A DNA stretch of 64,000 bases. Origin: Diplonema japonicum (lineage: Eukaryota > Protista > Euglenozoa: Diplonemea). The stretch is taken from assembly GCA_964019335.1 (NCBI GenBank), contig OZ025663.1, positions 434,001 to 498,000 of the forward strand, given 5' to 3'. This document shows, one piece after another, positions 57,401 to 64,000 of the stretch. The notes beneath the pieces were generated by a model. The model saw only the letters and a program-made list of their open reading frames with translations. It did not search any database and was not told the DNA's origin. Each line of letters starts with the position of its first letter. Position 1 is the stretch's first letter. Both the position numbers and the translations under genes were made by a program.

Positions 57401-60400
57401 GCAATCCCGAAGCTGTACGAATTAACAGCAGAGCGTGTGACAACCAAAATACCTCTGTTCCTTGCGGTGCGCCACGTTGTTGTCCTTTACCACGCGTTCC
57501 TTGTCGGTGAGGAATGCGGCGTTGAAGAAGACGATGCGATCCGGTGCCTTGTGGAGGTCCCGCTGGTGCATGCAATTGTTTTGACGTTCTTGACCCCTTT
57601 CACCGACTGTGCACCGGAAGACAGGTTCTACGAAGAGCTGCTCAACAAGTGGCTTCCATCATGGGGCGAGAATCTTCATAACCTTATTCCGGAAGATACA
57701 CCTATCCTCGAATGCTACCCAAGGGGAGGCAAGTGGCACAAACTGTCAGACCACTACGTTGAAGATGGAATACGCGCTCATCACACGAAGTCGGTCGGGC
57801 ACTTCAACCCAACACCCGATTCCACCCGCATAGCGCACCTGTACGAGCTCCTCGTGGCCATTAACAAGCCGTGCCTCATATGGGGCGGTCCTAGCACGGG
57901 GAAGACCGCGCTCTTGACGCAGATACTCAAACGCATGCCCGATAAGTACAGCATCATCAACACCTCTCTCAATTATAACACAACCGCGTCGTCTTTTCAG
58001 CAGTACGTTAGAATACGTTTGCACAAACGCAGGCAGGGCGTGGTGGGACCGCCGCTCGGGAAGCAATGCCTCATCGCCATCGACGACATGAACAAACCCT
58101 GCAGCGATCTCAACCACCCTGATTCAGTGCTGGAGATTGTGCTGCAAGTTGTAAAGCAGAAAACCTGGTATGACGAGAAAGCAGATCTCATCCAGCTTGC
58201 GGATGCCAATCTGGTCGGTGGGATGCAACCAAAGGACTGCAACGATCTGAGGTACCTAACTAGCTTCCACCCATTATGGCTGCGGAAGGAAATCGATGGC
58301 ACTACTCTATGGCGGTCGGTGGCGTCCATCTTCATGGGGTGGCTAGGCAAGAGTGGCTCTGGAGTTGCGAACCACCTTGCAGAAGTCATCGTTGACACAT
58401 GGGTGTTCTTGAGCAAAACGTTCAAGGAGTCCCATGACACACTACAGTTGTGGAACGCAAGCGACGTGATGTCGGTGGTAGGCACCCTGATCCAACATCC
58501 ACGCGATAAGTCCCTTGCCGCACATTCTATTCTCTCTATGGCAGCTAATGAAATGCTGAGAATTTACGGCAGCAAGCTCGTGACACAGGCAGATGTCGAC
58601 GCTCTCGACAGCAGAGCACTGAACACCATCAGTAGGGTGATGCGTGTGCAGTTCAGCGACACTGTCACCAAACCAAGCGAGCTTCTATTCAGCAAAATAT
58701 CTGCTAAAGGCAAGAACAACGTGCAGCTCACTGTCGAGGAGCTAATCAACATAGTGCAGCTCAAAGCTGACGCTTGGTACCAATCTTCCGAAGGGACTTC
58801 GGATCCCATCAAAGCGACCACTATACTCAGTTCCTTCACGAAGAGCACGAATGCGTTGCCTGCAGCAGTGGCCAGGCTCAGCGGGGATTACAGGCCACAA
58901 ATAAAGAAGGAACTTATGTACGTCGATGAGATGTGGGCACGCGCGGTGAATAATCTTGTAAAAGCGCTGGATCAACGAAAAGGGCACTGCATCGTGATAT
59001 CGGACCAAGGGAATGACATAACCCAAGCGGCTCACCTTGCAGCATGGATCCTTGACATGAAGGTATTGCACCAAGTGGACCCACCACGAACTTCGTGGAA
59101 GGCATGCGTGACGGCAGCCATTAAAACAGCGGCTGATAAAGGCAAACGCAATGTGGCGTGGGTACTCAGCGAGAGCTGGCTGACGGAAGAAGCAGTGGCA
59201 GATCTCGCTCTGCTAACAGAGTCCAGAGACTACTGCGGGTTGCTGACAACACATGTCACGTACCAGCTGCAGCACCAGCTGCTCGACGAGGCAACAACAG
59301 AGGTGTACTCATACATCACGAACAAAATAGCATCCAGTCTCCACATTGTGCTTCTGTGCAGCAGCCCGAGCGAAAGGCTCCTCAAATGGAGGCGGTGTTT
59401 CCCTGCGCTTTTAAGGAACTGCAACATCGTGCGGACAGGCACTGTTGTATCAGAAGCAGCTGCAGTGAGGCTCGCCTCCACTATTATCAAAAGGAATCTC
59501 CCCGAAATAAACCCCGAGGACATTACTCCCACAGCAAAGGTGCTGTATTGTGTGCACAGCGAGGCGATTGTACTGTTCGCGAATACAAGGCCGTATCAGT
59601 TCAGGCAGCTGGTACTTACTTTTTGCCACATTTACGAAGCAAGGCGCGTGCCTCTTGAGGATACCCACAAGAAGTACGCCTTGATGATGCGCTTTCTGCG
59701 ATGTGTTAATGAGCAGGCAACGAAATACGGCAGCGACATTGTGCGGCTAGATCCTGTCCTTGCAGCTCTGTTCGAACAGAAGAATAACTTGGAACGGCGA
59801 ATCAAAGACAAGAAGGTTATCGAAGGGATGCGGCAGGCGGACTTTGAGAAACTGGAAGCAAGCTGCCTCGAAAAGGTGCAGAATCACACCAGGACGAAGC
59901 AGGAATGCAAGGACATGTTGGCGGAGGCTGGACCTTCTTTGGAGAAGGCACGCCAGGATCTGCATAGTTTGGATGACAAGCAGCTGGCAGCAGTGCGGTT
60001 TGTTCCGGCACCCGCCCCGATCGTGAAAAAGGTTATGAGTGCAGTGTGTTTTGTCTTGGGCGAGAAACATGACTCAAGCACCCGTGGTGGAGCTGACGGG
60101 GCGTGGTGCTCTGCACAGGCCGTGCTGGGTGACCCTGGCTTTATCAGGAAGCTCACTGCACTCTCTACGGACAAGCTCCCCCCAAAGACTCTTGAGTATC
60201 TCTCGACGTGCGTTGCCCAACCGAGCTTTCGACCCGAGAAGGTGAAAGCTACCTTCGCCGCAGTAGAAAAATTATGCGCGTTCCTTGTGAAGCTGCACCA
60301 TTACCTAAAAACTGTGGCGACTGTGCAGCCCAAGCAGGAACAGATCCGGCGTGAAGACAAGGGGATAAAGGAGCTCATCGATGCCATGGAAGGAAAGAGA

Positions 60401-63400
60401 GACATAGCCTTGTCGCTGAGGAGGGAAATCGACCTTACAAAAAGGCAACTGTCGTTCCTTCAATCAAGGTACACGGAGACCGCAAAGATGAAAGATAGCT
60501 TTCTTGAAAGGTGCAATGAAGCAGACAAGCTGTTGAAGAGCTTTAGAAAATTGTCGGAAGAATGGGCTTTAGAGACAGCGAAGCTCAGCCTGCAGAAAGA
60601 CACGCTGACTGGAAGCTGTGTGGTGGGGGCAGGCTTCATGACGTACCTGACAGCGAACAAGCAAAACCACTCATTTTTAACAACCGTCTCGCGATATCTT
60701 GCAGTTCCCACAGAGATCAAGCCGTCTGATGTGCACGACTATCTGAGCGACTCACCGCTCACGTCCCTTCCATCGTCGTTCGATTCAGCCTTCTCTGTTT
60801 CTGATACGTTGAACTGCACTGCTCTTATCAACAAGTGGACCACAGCCTGTGTCTTACCCAACACCGAGCGGCACCGCAGCAACGCAGCTGTTGTCCTTAG
60901 TTGCATGAAGACCCCGTTACTGTTCGATAGTCACGGTGTTGGTAAAAAGTGGCTCAAGGAGCACCTCCAGCACCACATCTCAACTAAATGGCACAGTCTT
61001 GCCCTGAACAACGACGTAACTAGCGCGATGCGCTCTGGCTTGCCGTGCATCATCGAAGTCGACGATATAATACCTGCACTGCTGCCGTTCTTGAGCGTGC
61101 AGCCGAACAGAAACGAGGACACTGTGGAGTTTATCTACGGAAGAGAAATCGAAACGAAGAAAGGTTTCAACCTTTATTTGATGAAATCTGTGGTAAGTGA
61201 GGATGGCTGCGAGAAGTGGTTAAAAATGCAACCGGATCACATCTTGCAGCTTGTGACTGCAATAAGTTTTTGCCTGTCTGAAGAGGAGGAGATGAACCTG
61301 ACCACTTCGCTAGTGGCGGAGAGCATTGACAACACGCTGACTGAAGAACTTTGGCTTACAACACAGCAGCTACTGAAGAGCACGGATCATGCGATGACTA
61401 CGAAAAACACGTTGTTGACGATGCTGACGGACTCCGCAACAGAGGAGTTGTTGTGGCGGCCTTGCGAGACACCTGAGGCGACGTTGAACGTGCCCACCAC
61501 AGACCTCGATCTCCCTTCAAAACCTAACATTGACCCTCCCTCGCTGCTTTGTGACAAAGAGCTTATCAAGCTAGCCGTATGTGACATAAAGAACTCTGAG
61601 AACGCAGATCTCCGTGTGGCCAACTATCGCAACACGAGGAACATGCAGCGGAACACGCTCACAAAGAAGTACGCGCCTGTAGCAATGCAGGTGAAGCAGG
61701 TCTTGGAATGCTACAACCTGCTAGCGAATATCTATCCTGTTTACCACACGGGTTATACCTTTTGGATAAGCGCCGTAACAAAGGAGCTTTCAGCCCAAGC
61801 GGAAACAAAGCTAAGCAAACTCACGAACGCACCTTGGGACGTGAGACTTGATTGCCTGAAGTCAGTGGCGACAAGTATTCTGTTTAAGATGATGTCTCTT
61901 GTGTTCCCACCGCATATAAGGAGTGTGTTCGGGTTGCTCATCTCGAAGCGACTGGAGGATGGAAACCTCCCCAAAGCCGAGTGGGATCTCTTCGTGCAAT
62001 GTACTTCTGAAGATGAGTCTCTTGATCCCCACCCATTCCTCACACGGAAGCAGCACAGCGCTGTGAAAATGTTGGTAAGATCACTCCCTGCGTTTAAGGA
62101 TCTTCTAAGCTCAATCGAAAACAAGCATGCAATGTGGAAGCCTTTTCTTGAAGGTAGCGGCGAGGCACCCTTGTCGTGGCGGGGCGATCTCAGCCCCTTT
62201 CAAATGGTTGTTCTCGCAAGGCACGTGTCGCCCTCGCTGCTCGGCGAAATGATGCAAACAATGGCTGGCGTGCACCTTCCACATCCTCTTCCGGAAGGCA
62301 GTGCGGCATTGTTCAGTGACATACTGTTCACACGCGTTATGCATCCGGGCACCCCAGTCGTCCTGCTGGTTGATGGCCAAACCTCTTTGAACACCAGACC
62401 GCAGCTGGAAAAGATCGGGTGGGGCATTGGAGGCTACACCGTATTCAGCATACCACCCCTCGGAACAGAAGGCATCGTAAAATTGAAAGCTGTCATCAAA
62501 AAGACAGAACAGCGGGAAGAGGTGAAGCAAGACGGCATTTGGGTACTTCTAGAGGACGTAACCAAGTATGACGAAAGTACTTTCCGAGCTCTGATGTGTA
62601 CCATAGACGATATGTGTAAGTTGTCACGTGTGGACATACGCTTCAGGATATTCTTGGAAGTGGACGTCAAGCACTGGGCGAGTGTTCCGCCGTCTTTGAT
62701 GAACTGCTCGCTGAAGCTGTTCAGCTACACCACGACGTCGATGAAGGCACACATTGTGAATTCGCTGGAGGCGGGACCTTTGACTAGGCAAAGGTTTGCC
62801 TCGGCAGACCATCCCAGACTTAAGGAATATCACCAGTTGCTGCGTATTGCTACTACGTTCCACGCGGTGCTGGTGTGGCGGCAGTTAGTTGGGGTGCCAG
62901 TGTCGGGGGTTGAAAACCATCGGTGGGATGACCGCGATCTCAAGATGCTTGTCGTGGAGATGGAAAGGTGCAACGCGGCGAGGAAGAAGTCCGACTTATG
63001 GATTGCAACCTCGAACCTCATCCAGGACTGCGTTTACGGCGCTTATACAACAGAGCTGGAGTCCAGTAGGTTGGCAAATCTGTTCCTCTTAGTGGTGGAA
63101 GATCTGTGCTCTGACGAACCTTCTAAGTGGTACGCCCCAAGCGCCGACCACACAGAGCAGCTGGCCATCGCGTCGCATCTCCCCCGGTTCTTCCCTGACA
63201 GTCTGTACCACATGTCTCCGTGTGCACAATCGGAGTACGTGGAGAGAAACGCAGACACGTTGCTAAGCATTATCACACAATGTGAAGGAAACACCAGAGT
63301 CCAGAGTGTGGTTGGCTTGGACACCGAAACGTCTCTCGACATGGTGATAAACGAGCTGCAAAACCTTGAGATACAGGAATCGAAACAACCTGCCAGCGAC

Positions 63401-64000
63401 ACGATGCAGTTGATGAGAGAGGCTGAGATACATATGCACAACAAACAGATGAAATCGTTATTGACGCAAATATCACAATGCAATACATTACTCCTTGGAG
63501 ACGTGCCTTCTGGATGGGATAAGGTCTTGCCAAGTCACTACATGGATATAACCCGGAAAGGGCAGCCTTTGGCATTCTTACTGGCGCTGCTGGAAAAGAG
63601 AAAGGAGTATCTTAATGGGTGGAACGACAGGACGCTTTGGTTGCCTGCGTTCAGTGTGCCTTATGCAGTGCTGATGTGTTTTACGAACGTGGGAGACGAT
63701 AGATTTCGTGCGGTGCTTCTGAAGGGGCAGCCCCATGAAACGGAGGGTAGAGTTGAGCTCACCAACTTGTCTTTGCACAACGCCAGTTGGTGTTCTACAG
63801 ATAAGATCAGTTTTTGCAAAACACTCAAGGAAGAGCCCTTTTCAATCCTCCTCCAGCCAGAAGAGTGCCCTTTCACCGAGGGCAGCACTATCGAACTCCC
63901 CCTCCTCCTCTCTGGATCCACAACTACTACTCCCGTCCACTGTTGCACTATCGAGTTCCCTACTTCTGCTGGCAGTGAGCAGGCCTGTCGCTCTCTTGCT
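51491..64000 (+). CDS. Highly divergent axonemal dynein heavy chain (DNAH1/inner-arm-like N-terminus), 3'-partial
   Basis: Frame from ATG 51491 appears open to the window end (the ORF track shows no closed ORF in this frame). Motifs: LPLELFD, WLYLQSLWMSLKPIF, RRRVWPRLFWLTDNELL, YQYEYLG...VRTPLIDR, AAA1-AAA4 remnants, and stalk/MTBD (PIVKKVMSAVCFVLG...LGDPGFIRKL). Confidence 0.92.
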   Translation, partial: MEEISETDRSFRARLLRGHEKLKRIHKEQLERYLPKLPVFKVSNVQEKPADKNNAPVIPMIRGVDSVGAYLPRGFERFIDNVMQQKERKKPGKIPKIRTLRMDTILSSDCARKLLGYHVPTPPKGPSLSSRKTSTPTASEKTGPIINSDALWSLYNDGNSFPSERIGGFYSIALGTLSPIRLYLDEVATRRNTAAVPLPVADPLLLGTTHECDSSPQRFIYDRIDGCLPLELFDQETNLSPGPGYILQYKRGTSQIIWKPCRILGRDPETLFYWTEEEKGKRQVARYHLRPEEEHPDTFHERVASLKRKRNHVEKVIRTELLLSMMCDDHERGLPDSVLENVLLKSVSGVKKSWEQRVAQYLSQICAEHLYILRKARLEYYMLSPVFRRQVEPLGIVTDADDLPYRTPPLRPDGDRAERFEAAKAFLLQRSFQLSHPTQQTLLNVNETWVPHASLSLLNLSLPDNSRAIPLKEFYARQDVHAKKIFQSYLLRWKTDVEAALFVSLEKRFKYNYMSEESYRTSDMCVFLRLITFYMSGRLTQLVDESLEKYTQYLEGFMKPLRNGHNDSWNNGFYKNCGMAPVLPERDAPLLKLEIDCVEGEEAWVVQYTITLREMRNTLQDVVSNIVHTASGVPTVECTFLSSLVLPVQNINITHDTSKKVHATRAKIDVAFESCKSTLNNLRADYATFESLMQAEPFVDDSCLQSSDTSSVIRKINSLLKSRRNVISTSPDDVYCFMFLVDCRPVKEKLCQNIAKQIDQILLKVSQSITERALNACGLYQRLWTELQLRPKTPEAFDVFRRSTAEMREETWSVEKEDFGIVNIWKTEVLDAFNRGLSDEEADDVHTMQQWPQKIRICLEESDRLLKKEEAEFIRKLELDKALLRMDIENYKKGVKELTKLSDYDQTELASATAQEIQELLVEAQRRGEQCARHEKIFELPESQWPTIDKLVRQSTPFHRLWMATYEWTQFQPRCYETAMENLDAKKIVHCITEWHRVARTSVRALRGYPDPQGVARRLESEVATFHGYVPWITQLSLAGLRVRHWKILIAELGCSHDADLTVSYLLEWEIEKYAKFVARLGLQAKQEGEIEHQLESMKAEWRDNKLHLVDWNSCRIVAVPEAQDLLAVIDKHIMTTQLLRVEEFIAPFEKTAKEWETQLLQLQEILTQWLYLQSLWMSLKPIFDNSEVCACIGSEAKRFHTANKQWSVLMREAEINSKLIILAGSDDLLMRLKDVSMQFQKVQVELSTFLDVRRRVWPRLFWLTDNELLNVLSSDGSLEAASEHLLKCFCGIVSLSGSAEEGITGITSASGETVPLVKPVPMANRTLDIWLADVEGAMKISLQVLLHTALQEAPKTALRPWLSAWPRQVILLALKIQEDADIQEVTVTNGCKGITALKTKITRILMDLTAMAQSPVEGEEKIFLELVLLHYMTTKDKLELLIMNTTESIDDFGFKMLIRHVMADSVVQVTTLHSMLPYQYEYLGTPAPFVRTPLIDRTHRAMLVAFAGHNPALLSGPPSSGKSILVKDLSIQLGMMHADIVCSPSIEWKTILNTVSGVVAAGGWCTLTHIDRLRPEVLMKIPPLLNHIYSSAWEKSGIVIDAWHNPSGEILYQKDTFVVAATMHYTPHTPVAKQLKNIFRPIAHLSLELGVIIQHLLYLAGCTTQYGVFAPCVIRFFTQAESILGLQKPIIIIKRICEAMSRISKDKLNTSAHGPAAEEHRVLSDALYITLKPLLTQRMMGAFMSLYEDCFGEFGSLAHESRISIPIPDLGLDGPVNDEHLELLTLLQQLTLRTSVIILGGVGRGKTTLIEALVAKYPAEHRPVQYHVRPAAMSLATLYGAVTQARWQEGVLPRILHKIRPCSLAWIILDGGVGHIFDRMYSLLHTGVYHCVSGEKIPLSVQGKLIFEAVSLDDASPSLVAGAALIVLNEKLDWRPFFKKHLLTVPATHPNMRKIIDVFVHQIFRVAEMAIPKLYELTAERVTTKIPLFLAVRHVVVLYHAFLVGEECGVEEDDAIRCLVEVPLVHAIVLTFLTPFTDCAPEDRFYEELLNKWLPSWGENLHNLIPEDTPILECYPRGGKWHKLSDHYVEDGIRAHHTKSVGHFNPTPDSTRIAHLYELLVAINKPCLIWGGPSTGKTALLTQILKRMPDKYSIINTSLNYNTTASSFQQYVRIRLHKRRQGVVGPPLGKQCLIAIDDMNKPCSDLNHPDSVLEIVLQVVKQKTWYDEKADLIQLADANLVGGMQPKDCNDLRYLTSFHPLWLRKEIDGTTLWRSVASIFMGWLGKSGSGVANHLAEVIVDTWVFLSKTFKESHDTLQLWNASDVMSVVGTLIQHPRDKSLAAHSILSMAANEMLRIYGSKLVTQADVDALDSRALNTISRVMRVQFSDTVTKPSELLFSKISAKGKNNVQLTVEELINIVQLKADAWYQSSEGTSDPIKATTILSSFTKSTNALPAAVARLSGDYRPQIKKELMYVDEMWARAVNNLVKALDQRKGHCIVISDQGNDITQAAHLAAWILDMKVLHQVDPPRTSWKACVTAAIKTAADKGKRNVAWVLSESWLTEEAVADLALLTESRDYCGLLTTHVTYQLQHQLLDEATTEVYSYITNKIASSLHIVLLCSSPSERLLKWRRCFPALLRNCNIVRTGTVVSEAAAVRLASTIIKRNLPEINPEDITPTAKVLYCVHSEAIVLFANTRPYQFRQLVLTFCHIYEARRVPLEDTHKKYALMMRFLRCVNEQATKYGSDIVRLDPVLAALFEQKNNLERRIKDKKVIEGMRQADFEKLEASCLEKVQNHTRTKQECKDMLAEAGPSLEKARQDLHSLDDKQLAAVRFVPAPAPIVKKVMSAVCFVLGEKHDSSTRGGADGAWCSAQAVLGDPGFIRKLTALSTDKLPPKTLEYLSTCVAQPSFRPEKVKATFAAVEKLCAFLVKLHHYLKTVATVQPKQEQIRREDKGIKELIDAMEGKRDIALSLRREIDLTKRQLSFLQSRYTETAKMKDSFLERCNEADKLLKSFRKLSEEWALETAKLSLQKDTLTGSCVVGAGFMTYLTANKQNHSFLTTVSRYLAVPTEIKPSDVHDYLSDSPLTSLPSSFDSAFSVSDTLNCTALINKWTTACVLPNTERHRSNAAVVLSCMKTPLLFDSHGVGKKWLKEHLQHHISTKWHSLALNNDVTSAMRSGLPCIIEVDDIIPALLPFLSVQPNRNEDTVEFIYGREIETKKGFNLYLMKSVVSEDGCEKWLKMQPDHILQLVTAISFCLSEEEEMNLTTSLVAESIDNTLTEELWLTTQQLLKSTDHAMTTKNTLLTMLTDSATEELLWRPCETPEATLNVPTTDLDLPSKPNIDPPSLLCDKELIKLAVCDIKNSENADLRVANYRNTRNMQRNTLTKKYAPVAMQVKQVLECYNLLANIYPVYHTGYTFWISAVTKELSAQAETKLSKLTNAPWDVRLDCLKSVATSILFKMMSLVFPPHIRSVFGLLISKRLEDGNLPKAEWDLFVQCTSEDESLDPHPFLTRKQHSAVKMLVRSLPAFKDLLSSIENKHAMWKPFLEGSGEAPLSWRGDLSPFQMVVLARHVSPSLLGEMMQTMAGVHLPHPLPEGSAALFSDILFTRVMHPGTPVVLLVDGQTSLNTRPQLEKIGWGIGGYTVFSIPPLGTEGIVKLKAVIKKTEQREEVKQDGIWVLLEDVTKYDESTFRALMCTIDDMCKLSRVDIRFRIFLEVDVKHWASVPPSLMNCSLKLFSYTTTSMKAHIVNSLEAGPLTRQRFASADHPRLKEYHQLLRIATTFHAVLVWRQLVGVPVSGVENHRWDDRDLKMLVVEMERCNAARKKSDLWIATSNLIQDCVYGAYTTELESSRLANLFLLVVEDLCSDEPSKWYAPSADHTEQLAIASHLPRFFPDSLYHMSPCAQSEYVERNADTLLSIITQCEGNTRVQSVVGLDTETSLDMVINELQNLEIQESKQPASDTMQLMREAEIHMHNKQMKSLLTQISQCNTLLLGDVPSGWDKVLPSHYMDITRKGQPLAFLLALLEKRKEYLNGWNDRTLWLPAFSVPYAVLMCFTNVGDDRFRAVLLKGQPHETEGRVELTNLSLHNASWCSTDKISFCKTLKEEPFSILLQPEECPFTEGSTIELPLLLSGSTTTTPVHCCTIEFPTSAGSEQACRSLA

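Noticed and set aside
51878-63948. Dozens of short ORFs on both strands suggesting a fragmented or non-coding region
   Set aside because: They are shadow ORFs of one long + strand dynein frame that the track omits because it has no stop inside the window.

Overview
This is eukaryotic nuclear DNA, most likely from a euglenozoan protist and probably a diplonemid. That assignment is inferred from three things: every host protein gene is on the + strand with spacers as short as about 60 bp, polypyrimidine-AG sites typical of SL trans-splicing precede start codons, and one PSP1-domain protein carries the trypanosomatid-type WRHDPY motif. Unlike trypanosomatids, the genes contain many tiny (32-73 nt) GT-AG introns, often made largely of poly(A). 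I reconstructed 18 host genes by hand: two LRR proteins, two paralogous Cys-containing microproteins, a small membrane protein, a CAMK-LRR kinase, peroxisomal DHAP acyltransferase, spastizin/ZFYVE26, a centrin-like protein, 5-oxoprolinase, SAM-WW and SAM-PH-PDZ-PSP1 proteins, a mucin-like surface protein, several unknowns, and a >4170-codon axonemal dynein heavy chain that is missing from the ORF track and runs off the window. Best candidate for an undescribed system: a 6.4-kb head-to-tail stack of at least five non-LTR retroelement copies (35.5-41.9 kb, - strand) directly upstream of a tRNA-Pro(UGG) gene. Its repeated junction sequences and a 20-bp duplication that includes the first 5 nt of the tRNA point to serial, position-specific insertion about 15 nt upstream of the tRNA. 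Second highlight: the dynein has lost the AAA1 Walker B and sensor I residues and the AAA4 P-loop but keeps its stalk and microtubule-binding domain, suggesting a pseudo-motor. Also present: a MITE with perfect inverted ends and a 200-N scaffold gap. All family assignments come from motif recognition by eye; no database searches were run.
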